NCBI GenBank assembly: GCA_035221665.1
Contig: CM069165.1
Coordinates: 20,088,001-20,152,000 of the forward strand
Direction of reading: 5' to 3'
From: Okamejei kenojei
Taxonomy: Eukaryota
DNA length: 64,000 bases
Under the pieces are notes generated by a model, which was not told where the DNA came from, searched no databases, and saw only the letters and a list, made by a program, of their open reading frames with translations. Shown piece after piece: positions 1-11,113 of the stretch. A program made the translations under genes and the position numbers. Every line of letters begins with the position of its first letter. Within the stretch, counting starts at the first letter, position 1.

Positions 1-254
1 TGCCCTTGTAAATTGTTGGATCACATCCTGCCAATGTAAAGTACATTGTCCATCATCATAGGTCAAAAAATTCTGTCCCTTTCAATTTATAGATTAAGCC
101 AGGTTCTTTCTAAGAACAATTTAACTCCAAATTCCATAGCAAACTTGTTATTGACAACATAGTCCTTGTCCTCCTGTATTGTCAGGTGCCTTGAAATGGG
201 GCAATTATGTGTAAACACAACTGTAATTTCTACATAAGGAAACCAAAATGTATA

Positions 255-390
255 GAAATACCCTTTAATAGAATCTGACAATGTGCACTTTAACCACATG
301 TGATTTTTTTTCTATTACAAATCTCAAGTTGTGAAGTACAGAGGCAAATAAATAAATGATGGGTCTTTGCCCAACCATTATGGAGGGCAC
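255..390. mobile_element. Probable Tc1/mariner terminal inverted repeat remnant
   Basis: Ends ...ccattatggagggcac; the reverse complement (gtgccctccataat...) resembles a CAGTG-type Tc1 TIR lacking its terminal bases. Recognised from memory, not by search. Confidence 0.35.
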
Positions 391-986
391 AATATATGCA
401 CAGAATCTCATGCCCAGAGTAGGGAAATCAAGGACCAGAGGACATAGGTTTAATGTAAAGGTGAAATTATTCAATATGAATCTGAAGGGTAACTTTTATA
501 CACAAAGAATGGTGGGCATATGGAACAAGCGGTCAGAGGAGGTAGTTGAGACTGGGACTATCCCAACTTTTAAGAAACAGTTAGACAGGTACATGGATAG
601 GACAGGTTTGGAGGGATATGGACCAAGCGCAGTCAGGTGGGACTAGTGTAGCTGGAGAAACTCAGCGGGTGCAGCAGCATCTATGCAGCGAAGGAGATAG
701 GCAATGCTTCGGGCCGAAACCCTTCTTCAGACTGATGGGGGGTGGGGGGAAGAAAGGAAAAAGGAGGAGGAGCCCGAGGGCTGAGAGTGTAGGGTTTCGG
801 CCCGAAACATTGCCTATCTCCTTCGCTCCATAGATGCTGCTGCACCCGCTGAGTTTCTCCAGCATTTTGTGGACCCTCGATTTTCCAGCATCTGCAGTTC
901 CTTCTTTAACATTAGTGCAGCTTGAACATGTTGGCCGGTATGGGCAAGTTAGGCCGAAGGGCCTATTTCCACATTGTATGGCTCTA
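391..986 (+). mobile_element. CR1-type LINE 3' fragment, interrupted by a Penelope-derived foldback element
   Basis: Translation SRTRGHRF...GNFYTQRMVGIWN...FKKQLDRYM is the typical CR1 ORF2 C-terminus; CR1-like 3' UTR resumes after 912. Confidence 0.8.
651..912. mobile_element. Penelope pseudo-LTR-derived foldback element
   Basis: Arms 651-732 and 790-865 are reverse complements; flanked by near-identical tagtg(t/c)agct at 644-653 and 913-922 (TSD). Confidence 0.8.
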
Positions 987-1719
987 AGAGGACTGCAAAG
1001 GCAGTTTCTCTGAAGTATAAATCAGGTGTCACTGTATACAATGTTAGCATACTTTAGGCAAGAATCTTGTGGTGCTTCATTTCATTAATAGCACATTATA
1101 AACTTTAAGGTATGTCATTCAGCACGTTCCACTGTTATTGATAAAATGATCCCTACTTTATTCCTCTTTCCCCAATACACATCAATTTCTTCCCCTTGAA
1201 ATATCTGTCCAATTCAGTTAGAAAGTTCCTGTCAAAGCTGACTGGATAGCACGCAACAAAACAGTGGAATTTGGGGTACTGATTGGGGATGATCAGCCAT
1301 GATCACATTGAATGGCAGTGCTGGCTAGAAGGGCCAAATGGCCTGCTTCTCCACCTATTGTCTAAAAACTTTTCACTGTACCTCGGTACACTACAGGTGA
1401 CAATAAACTATCACAGTGACCCTTCAGCCAGAGGAATCGGTCCTTTACATCTAACCTTATCAAAACCATTTATTGTCTTCAAATATATCAGTTAAATCCT
1501 ACTCTTCACAACTTTTATGATTCATTCCCTGCAGTTGACAAAGACAATCAGCATTGACTTCCCTTCCCATCTTTGAAATACCAAGTTGCTTGTCCGACCA
1601 TCAGTTTGTATCTGGAGCTGGAAATCAACTGAGACCTCCACTCTCTCCTTGTAACTGAAGTCCCTCATCCATAAGAATAGTCCACAAATTGTTCTGCACG
1701 TACAAGGCAACTAGTGCCT

Positions 1720-2447
1720 CCTACAAGAGGAGACTAAAGAAGGTCCATCTGTCTCCTCAGATTCTGGTGAACTTCTACCGCTGCACCATCGAGAGCATCC
1801 TTACCAACTGTATCACAGTATGGTATGGCAACTGCTCTGTCTCCGACCGGAAAGCACTGCAGAGGGCGGTGAAAACTGCCCAACACATCACCGGTTCCTC
1901 ACTCAACTCCATTGAGTATGTCCAGAGCAAGCGGGTGTCTGCGAAGGGCGCGCAGCATCGTCAAGGACGGTGCTCTCTCCTCAGCCACAGACTGTTTACC
2001 CTCCTCCCATCCGGGAAGCGCTACAAGTCTCTCCGTTGCCAGACCAGCAGGTTCAGGAACAGCTTCTTCCCTGCGGCTGTTACACAACTTAACTCTGCAC
2101 CTTGGTGAATGCCAGTCACCCCCCCCCCCCCCCCCCCCCCCCACTCCTTCCCCCAGTNNNNNNNNNNNNNNNNNNNNNNNNNNNNNNNNNNNNNNNNNNN
2201 NNNNNNNNNNNNNNNNNNNNNNNNNNNNNNNNNNNNNNNNNNNNNNNNNNNNNNNNNNNNNNNNNNNNNNNNNNNNNNNNNNNNNNNNNNNNNNNNNNNN
2301 NNNNNNNNNNNNNNNNNNNNNNNNNNNNNNNNNNNNNNNNNNNNNNNNNNNNNNNNNNNNNNNNTTGCTTTTCTGTGTGAGATGCGAACTGCATTTCGTT
2401 GTCTCTGTACTGTACACTGCACCATGACAATAAAGATTGTATCTGAA
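1720..2447 (+). mobile_element. Rex1/Babar-type LINE 3' fragment (spans N gap)
   Basis: RRLKK...NFYRCTIESILTNCITVWYGNC and LLPSGKRY...SFFP motifs of the Rex1/Babar ORF C-terminus, frameshifted; 3' tail with acaataaa. Confidence 0.8.
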
Positions 2448-2672
2448 GATGTGGGGAATACTCTGCTGAGGAGTAGGCCTTTGCCACTTCCCGATCCTCT
2501 ACTTTGGATGGAGGTGCTGCTGGCGGGTGAAAAGAGTGACAGAGAGGCAAATTAAACCATGTAAATGGGCAGCTGGGCGTTGCCCTGGCACCGTGCAGGG
2601 GGTTTGCGAGATGGCAAGTGGGGAGAGGAGAGGGCGGAGAGGAGGCGAAGAGGGTGAAACAGGGCGACTTAC

Positions 2673-3101
2673 CCCCCGGGGCAGCTTCCAACACATCCAA
2701 AATGGCGGCCTGGATACCGCAGCGGCTGCCGGTGGGCGGCGGGCACACCGAGACACCCTGCCCCGCTGACGGCCTCGGACATGAAACCCAGCGGCGGGCC
2801 TGCCTGCCTGCCTGCCCCGACCTCAGTGCCTGGCCCCAGGGTCGGTGAGGGTCGGTGGGTCGGGCGGGCGGGAGGCTGCCTGGGAACCGGCCTGTGCGTG
2901 TGACGTGTACCGCCGGCCACCCACCCAACTTGCTGGCGGCCGCCCTGATTGACGGCCCGGCTAGCCAATCGGACGCTGCCCAGCGAGCAGACCCCGGCGG
3001 CACTAACCAATCATCGCCATCGGGAGGCGGGATCTTTGGATCAAGTTTGATTGACCCAAGAGCGCTTCGCAAAGGCCTTTGGGACAAGGCACTTTAATTG
3101 G
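2673..3101 (-). promoter_or_regulatory. CpG-island promoter and non-coding first exon of a divergently transcribed gene (likely GBF1 by synteny)
   Basis: Very GC/CpG-rich; CCAAT boxes at 2965, 3007 and 3097 (rev); GC boxes; YY1 motif CAAAATGGCGGC at 2698-2709; perfect minus-strand donor GG|GTAAGT with the exon ending at 2673. GBF1 identity is inferred only from the known head-to-head PITX3-GBF1 arrangement. Confidence 0.65.
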
Positions 3102-3629
3102 TGTTTCCTCAAACTCACCCAGAGACTGGGACAATATCAGATCCCGGGCATGGGTCTTATCGGCACCGTGCAACGTCTCCGGCTCATACCACTCCGTGCA
3201 CCACTGCCCAGAACTTCTCTTGCGTTGCATTATTTTGTTTATGTCTGATCCAATGCCCCAGCTGTGAACTCTGTTCACTGCACACTGAACCTTGAACTCT
3301 GTGCAGTCTATGTTGGCACTTTAGGGAATGACGTGGCACATTATGAAATGTTGCCCTTTCCATTTTTTTTGAAATGTACCAATAGAAGCAATAATTAATA
3401 AACATAAGACGTATTGGTGGAATCAATCTAAGAACTGCAAACACTACTCACCTCTTCAGTGAATCCTATCATCTGAACGTTCCGGCTTCAACCCCATTCC
3501 AGCTACTTGTACTCAAAAACCCAGAAAGGGCACAGATCCTGCCTTGCGGATTCCCTTATGCTGCCTTGGGGAAAAGGGTGGACGTAAAGATCGCTATTAC
3601 TATTTAAACCCAGACACTATCACAAAATT

Positions 3630-3792
3630 GATTATCTAGTCTATGGCCATATTTCTGTTTGAGGAAGCTTGCTGTGGGCAAATTGGCCCGCAGGTTTGCG
3701 ACTTTGCTGTGTGTACGTATTGTTCATAAGTTGATTAATGTTCCGCCACCATTTCAAAGTAATGTGAAAGATGGCATGTAAATGCTAGACAT
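3630..3792 (+). mobile_element. Ancient DeuSINE-like (SacSINE1/AmnSINE-type) 3' relic
   Basis: tctgtttgaggaagcttgctgtgggcaaattggc...gtgaaagatggcatgtaaatgc resembles the Deu-domain/tail consensus; related copies at ~51330-51610 and ~57190-57342. Confidence 0.45.
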
Positions 3793-6700
3793 TCCGTACA
3801 GCGTGGCACAGTCTAATAGGCACGAAGACAGGTGTACATCACGATAAAAGGTTTTATGATGGTGTGAACCCTTTTTCGATCAATCCGAAATGAAAATGTC
3901 AAGATAGGTATTTGAAAATAAATCAATTGAAAGGTTAAGGCCAGGTTGATAAGTTTACATTTTATCCCACGGTTAAAATACAGCGTAATTTAAAGTAATT
4001 TAAATAAACTTTAGCAAAGAACATTTAAGAATAACATTGGCTTGAAACTTTTGACTCTGCCCACTGCCTCATATTTTGTGTTGGGAATATGTACCGTGCA
4101 ATATTTAATACGAGCCTACCAGTTGTCCCCAGCGAGATTAACTGCGATGCAAATTTCTTTTGCCGCCTATTCCAGAATTTATGTTTAAATTTTAAATATT
4201 CTTTTTTTAAATCAGTCTTCATAGCGCCGCTCTATAGTGGATTTCTGATGTAGAACAGTTGCAGATCAACCGCTTCTTTATCTACAAAAGATAAATAGAT
4301 GCTCAGTCCAGAGGTGGCCATTTTCCCCCTATTGTGAACTTGTTAATGTTCAGCCCGGTGGATCCGCGTATGTATATTCAGAGATCCAATCCAATCTCCC
4401 TCAACTCTTCTGAATGAATCGGGGATGGGTAAGGCGGGGGCGGGGAGAAAAGGGGGTGGTAGCTGGGAACGGAGTGTACTGCGGTGGGCCGGACCTCTCC
4501 GCTCACACAGTGGTCGCGTCGTTTCGCAGCAGCCGATGGTATTGGCATAAAATCAATCCTTCCAGCAAATGGGATCGCATAGCTTGGGTTTCACTGAGAC
4601 TCTCCGAGCAACTGCAAGGACCTGCCGCGTGTTTTCGAAGGAACTCTTAATTCTGACAGCTCCAGGAATCTCTAATCTTCGGTAAACTTATCCTATCCCT
4701 GGATTTATTCATTTAAAGAGGAATTTGCTGTAAGTGATTATCAGTATCGACCTTCTCACTGATAAATGTTTGAGAATCGTTTTTCTTTCCTGAGTTGCCT
4801 TGCCCTGTGCCTGTACTGTACATCTCAACAATTGATATTTGCATCTATATCATGTATATAATACAATGCGTTATTTCTCAAACAGGAAATCCCCTTAATC
4901 CACGATATGTAGTTCAGCTGTAGCCCGCATTAAATGCATTTTAGACAAATGTTTGGGCCAGTGTGTATGTGTGTGTGTGAGTGTGTGCGTGTGGTTTAAT
5001 TGTGTTTGGATTCACAGGTTTTTTTTTTGCGAGATCTTACGCTTCTATTTTTGAAGTCTGACCCTATTAGCATTGATCCAACAGCGCGACATTGTCCCTG
5101 ATTTACTCCCCGTAAGGCCTATTCCCTTATGCCCATGGCTTGATATCGAAGGCGTGTTAACAGGGGGATATTTTGAGAATGATTAATGAAGCACGGTTTT
5201 TACAACGCTCTCTCTCTATTTAGACTGGGAGCGAAATTTACATCTCTTGGCAACCGGGTAAAAATTTAAAAAATGGTTTCCAAGTTGATTGTTTTTATGT
5301 AATTGCATGTCCATCTTTTTACTACCTAACACTGTCATGGCCGTAGCGATCGGTTCCGCGTGTCAAGTCTAATATCTTTTAAAATGAGATATAGCGACAG
5401 CAGGAAGGAAACGATTTTACGAACCCTGTCCAATTATTTGACCATATAACCAGAAACAGGTTTAGATTGGGAACTGTCATCTTATTCTTAAAACTAAGCG
5501 GCGATGTGAGAATCTGGGTACTGGTTGGTTTCCAGATACATAATCTACGTGAAGTAAACCAATGTATCAGGAAAGAACAGCCTCAATAACTTCGGCGCGG
5601 AGTTACGAAAAGTTATAACAAATACGACAAATATGTCAGAGCTGAGGAGATGAAGACGGATGAAAATATTTGTGATGCTAAAACGCATAGATTTACGTTG
5701 CTGTTCCATTACTTAGTGCAATACGAGAGTGCTGTTTGTTCAAAAGTAACATTCTCTTGAAATTATGTCACTCTGTAACTGGGCAGCTGCGAATCAAACA
5801 GTATGCATTCTTCCATCTCATACACAAGAGCCGCCAGACTCACGATCAAGATTTGAATGATTATCCCTTTCCTGACATTAGTTTACCCAACTCTCGATTT
5901 CTAAAACAATGACATTGGGCCCAGGAATTTAAGACGATTATTTAAATGGTAAGAGACCGAGAAGTAAACTTGGGTTGAAATAATTTTTTAAAAGTGTATG
6001 GCATTCTTCAGCAGTTGTGAAAGATTTTTGTCTTCCTTAGAACAATTAATGGGGTTGTCTGTGGAAGAAGCAGCTGCTGCCTTATTTCGGGCGGATTCCA
6101 AGTGTCACTGAACACAACAGAGACAGGGCGGGTAGGTTCCTGACACTCACCTTCAGATCCAATGCAGGTAGGCCCGAGAAAGAGACAAATAACGTATAAG
6201 TATATTCCGCTGTCCTCGTGCGGCTGGACGGTGAACAAAAGAAATCTTTCACGATTGTGCCGGGTGGGTTCGGGAGGAAAATTGATGGCTAGCAGGTGCG
6301 CCCTAGCCGCGGGAGACCCTGTATAAGATCCGCAGACTTTCGTGCACGTTTACTGCAAGGGGCAACATTCAGCTTGGAGAAAGTACCCGAGACAAACACA
6401 GGCATATGTTCTAAAATAAAGGGGAGGACGAGGTCGATAGAACGCCTCCGCCAGTCCTGATTTTAAGTAAACATTCCAATGATCCTGCTTGTTCAATATC
6501 TGTATTTTCACGAGAAGATATGTAGTTTTTAAGTTAATTATAACGCTGTTTTTTGTCAAGCATAAACGGTAGGCACAGTTCGATTGCTCTGCATGCTTAG
6601 ACTCAAACCACGTTGAGAGGCTAGTGTCTAATGCTTAAAGTGTAAAAGGATCAGTTTATAGTAAGAAATGTATAGCTTGTACTAATTAATATCTGCACGA

Positions 6701-8249
6701 GCAGAAATTAAAACAACATTTAGAAGTATATGACGGCATAGACGAACGCAACTAAACAATATATATAAATGGTAACGAATCTTGTCACGGGAAAGGTTTA
6801 AGCGGGTAGTTTGTGCTACCGACACTTAACGAAATTAATTGTTCACTCTATTTAAATAGATCCCTAGTAAGAAATGGATGAACAGCATGTGAAATATTTC
6901 TCAAACTTATTTTCCTACGAGCTATCCTTTATTTTGACTGCGAATAACTGCCAGTTGGAAGAAATGAAACACCCGCGTATATGTAATGCCAGAATAGTTA
7001 CGTAAGCGGGATAGTTTTTCAACATAATAAAAATGTTTAAATGAATCATAGCTTGCCGAGAAATTAAACATTTCATCCTCAAACTATGAAGCATTTTATT
7101 ACCTTTCGACCAAGAAGCGGATGTTTTCGATTTAGGAAGAGAAATGCTCTTGAAAGATAAGCCGAACTACCTGCATTTTCTCAGCTCTATGTGTCATGAC
7201 ACCCGCTATTTAATAAGAAAAAATAACGCGAATTATGAAATTGATTTTAATTAGGAAATCCGCATGGCTTCACGTCACATTTGGGCCTCTTCTGTTCTGA
7301 TGGAATCTTTCCCGGAGGTGTTTTGAAGGCAACATCAGCAAGGGAGGGCAGATTACATGAAATGGTAACATTCCTAAATCAATCACCTTAGTCTCGGTGG
7401 TTCGGTTAAATTCGAATGATGCCCAGATATTGCACATGGAGGTAATTCGGGCTTGTTAATGGTCTGTGATTAGGTGCCTCTGGAGCGCGCTCTATAATGC
7501 CACCAGTCCGAGGGTAGAGAGCTCTGAATGGGAATAAAACATTACAGAGAAAATGTCCAAGGTGAGCATAACCACGAAAAAAAGGTCGCCTTTGATGTCC
7601 ATAATTTGTATCTTTTACTGCTATTAAATTACTAACTGATTATTCAGTCAGTAAATCAACTTTTAATTTTCAAATCAAGGTGTACTTCCAGAGACGCGAT
7701 AGAACAAAGGGGAAGATGCTGCTAAATATTGCGTTGTTTTAAGCTAGATTCTGATGTTCCTGTTTGAACCCTGTAAAGTGTTCACTATCGTCCAACACAA
7801 CGGTGGGGCGACTGGAGCAAGATCTTTTTATTCAGTGCATTAAATTAACTCCACGCCGCCCAGTAACACGGATAAAGCTCCGACTCGACTCGATATTGAA
7901 TATTAATGCGACCAAACAGATTGGATAATAAATGTGACATGGAATTAAATGAAGCTGTTGCTGATCTACATGACCCGACTCCCCCCCTCGCTCCACGCGG
8001 AGACAGGCAGTTGCGGAGAAAGGAAACGCGCCTGACAGATGCAATCAGATGCAAATGGGGGCAGAAGAGCTGAAATTATCATCTACAAACATTCCGTCAA
8101 AATTCCATCTGCTTCCCTCTATATCTATATCTACGCGTGTATATATAGGGACGGACGGGGAGCCGCCGCATCTTAATAAGTTATGGGACGGCAAATTGAC
8201 ACACATCTTAATCAAATGTTAATCCAAGAAATTAATTCACAGCGCGTGT

Positions 8250-8418
8250 ATGTCTCTCTGCCTCTCTCTCGTTCTCTCTCTCTCTCTCTCTCTCTCGTTC
8301 TCTGTCTCCCCCCCCCCCCTCTCTTTCTTTATCTGTCTGTCTCTGTCTCTGTCCCTCCCTCTGTGTGTGTCTCTAGTTCTCTGTCTCCGTATCGCCTTCT
8401 CTCTTCCTCTTTCTTTCT
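8250..8418. repeat. CT-rich compound microsatellite
   Basis: (CT)n and (CTGT)n runs seen directly. Confidence 0.9.
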
Positions 8419-9181
8419 ATATCTTACATGGAGAATGTTATCAGACTGTATAAAACTATAGATATGTATTTGGTCATAGAGTGAGGCATCTGACATGAAT
8501 TGGAGGGTATATTATTTAACATGCGTGGATTTGATTTTAGCAATTAGCGCTTTAAGCATGGGCTAAGTTTGGGTTGTAAACAACAGTTTAGAACCCCGCC
8601 TCATTCGTTCGCCTGAAGTTAATACACCAGATATGGTGATGTAGAATTTCAGTGCAATTGACTTTTTGGGGGATTTATTTAAATAACATCAACGTTTGGG
8701 CTCGAGATACGAATATCATGTGCTGATTTTCACAAATGAAAATTGGATCGGAGTTTGGAGGGAAGGGGGAAGTGTAGAATCAAAATAATGGTGTACCAGA
8801 CAAACAAAAATAAAACCAGAACATTCACGTCACCGAAGTTAGGTGGAAGACTGACCGTGAAACTAGCAATCGCAAGAGACGAATCTCAACGACTCCAACA
8901 GCTCGAAACCGGCCTGAAATTGTGAATATGCAGTTTATAAATGCACGTCTTTGTCTCACGTTCAGTCTTTAATGGGCCGCATAGCTGCGAGTTCGATAAA
9001 ACGTAATTACGATCTGTTTCGAAGTTAATTAAATGTCCTAGCCTTTGCAATAAAGTTGCTGTCTGGTTAAATTGTCAGGGTGAAGGGGGCGAGGGCGCAT
9101 GGTTTGCCTATATTTCGGACCCCTATAATTCACTAAATAATGCAAAAGTCCCCTTGGTTGACATGCATTGTTTGTAAGTAA

Positions 9182-9329
9182 AACTAGGCACAAAATGCTG
9201 GAGTAACTCAGCGAGACAGGCATCATCTCTGGAGAGAAGAGATGGGTGACGTTTTGGGTCGAGATTCTCTCTCTTTCTCTTTCTCTGTCTCTGTCCCCCT
9301 CTCTCTGTCTCTCTCGTTCACTGCCTCTG

Positions 9330-9373
<44 letters not shown>

Positions 9374-9638
9374 TTTCTCGAAAAAGAGTGAAAACGGATG
9401 TCTCCTGAGGCAATGACCAACACCTCACAAAACTCGGATTTATTTAACAAATAACGACGGTATTATAACCATCCTGTTTCGAGGATCTGATGACATTTCC
9501 AAACCAGGAACGTGGCGAGATCTCGACCCGAAACGTCACCCATTCCTTCTCTCCAGAGATGCTGCCTGTCCCGCTGAGTTGCTCCAGCTTTTTGTGTCCA
9601 TCTTCGGTTTAAACCAGCATCCGCAGTTCCTTCCTACA
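9182..9638. mobile_element. Penelope pseudo-LTR-derived foldback element carrying captured genomic cargo
   Basis: Inverted arms ~9186-9263 and ~9521-9598; 16-bp TSD cattgtttgtaagtaa at 9166-9181 and 9639-9654; interior 9380-9517 matches 10419-10540. Confidence 0.85.
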
Positions 9639-10761
9639 CATTGTTTGTAAGTAATACTTCTCCCCAAACATTGGCTCTGCCTGGCGATACCTCCCTGACA
9701 GCTGTCTGGGTTTACACCGTGGTAGAAATCACATCTCTTTGCATCGTTTTTATCACGTTTCGAGCGACATCTCAAAAACGTTGTATAGTCAATAAACTGT
9801 TTCACGGAATGAATGTATTGGCTAATATATAGACAAACTACAGACATGTGCGCTTAGGAAATCAGATTCGCCGTGGCAAAACGAATAAGTCTCTGCTTTC
9901 TTGATAGTCAGTAAAAAAAAAGTAAATATACACTGACTCTCTTGATTACTGTAATTATAGGACCACAATTTATCAAAGTTAATGTCGCAAGTAGAATGTG
10001 TGTTCGCTCGGATTTTAGCGCAAACTTCATGTTGTGAAGTGCGGAATAAGATCCAATGATAACCACATTATAGTGGACTACAAGTCCGGGCTTTGCTTGC
10101 TGTTTTGTTTTGTTAAGGAAAGATAATATGAACCACAGTAAATGGACTCAAAAAAACACAAAGTGCTGGAGTAACTCAGCCGGTCGGGTAGCATCTCTGG
10201 AGAACATGGATATGTGATGTTTCGGGTCGGAATCCCACTGAAGGGTGAGGAGAGTCGTATTTTACTAAAATATCGCAAGACGTTGTTATAGACAAGGAGG
10301 GCAATCGATTAGTGATTCTCGTCACGATTCGCATAGAATGGGAGACCCATCCAATTTGAACTTTCAATTTGACGGCGTCTCCGCTGTGAATCACTGTGAA
10401 TCGAACGGGAAAGATTAAGAAAAAAGAGTGAGAACGGATGTCACAAAACCGCGTTTTGTGAAATATTCAACAAATAACGACGGTATTATAACCATCCTGT
10501 TTCGAGGATCTAATGACATTTCCAACCCAGGAACGTGGCGTGATGTATGTTATTAACTTTATTTTGAGTTAGAAAATGTTTTAAATTATGAATTCCCAGG
10601 TGAAGATTGTAGCTGCCCGATCCAAAAAAACAAAATCACAGTGGCAATAAGGCGGCGCAGAGAGAATCGCAGAAGGGAGAGTCTTTGTTTAGGTTGGGTT
10701 TGCAGATGTACGTTGACTTGACTTTGCATCGCGTTTCACTTTTGCAGCACAGACGCATCGA

Positions 10762-10888
10762 ATGGAATATAATTTGTCGAGTGGAGTTCTGACCGACTCG
10801 GATGCTCCCGATCGCAGCCCGATGACTCTCTCGGATTCCGGGACCCCACAAAGAGAATCCATCTGCAAAGCACACCAGGAGAGCAGCG
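10762..10888 (+). CDS. pitx3: Pitx3 coding exon 1 (N-terminus MEYNLSSGVLTDSDAPDRSPMTLSDSGTPQRESICKAHQESS)
   Basis: Matches the Pitx3-specific N-terminus (L-TDS...RSP..LSDSGTPQ...CK); acceptor ttcacttttgcag ends at 10747; donor G|gtaag at 10889; phase 1 joins the next exon to give GAT (Asp). Confidence 0.92.
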
Positions 10889-11098
10889 GTAAGCTGGTCA
10901 TTTTCTAACTTGCGAATGGATGCAACTTCTCAGGGGCAAGGATAGGAAGGGGGGAGAAGAGGAGAGACGAGAGCTGACGCACCTCCATCAAGAAGGTGCA
11001 AAATCACAATCAGAAACGGCGACAATTTGGAAGAAAAATGTGTCTTAACAGCTAAGGTAGCGTCAATGATTGGAAAAGTACCAATGATGTTAGATCCC

Positions 11099-11113
11099 GC
11101 GACATCTAGTGGT
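11099..11113 (-). promoter_or_regulatory. CTCF-like motif
   Basis: gcgacatctagtggt; reverse complement ACCACTAGATGTCGC is one mismatch from the CCACTAGATGGCGC core. Confidence 0.5.
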
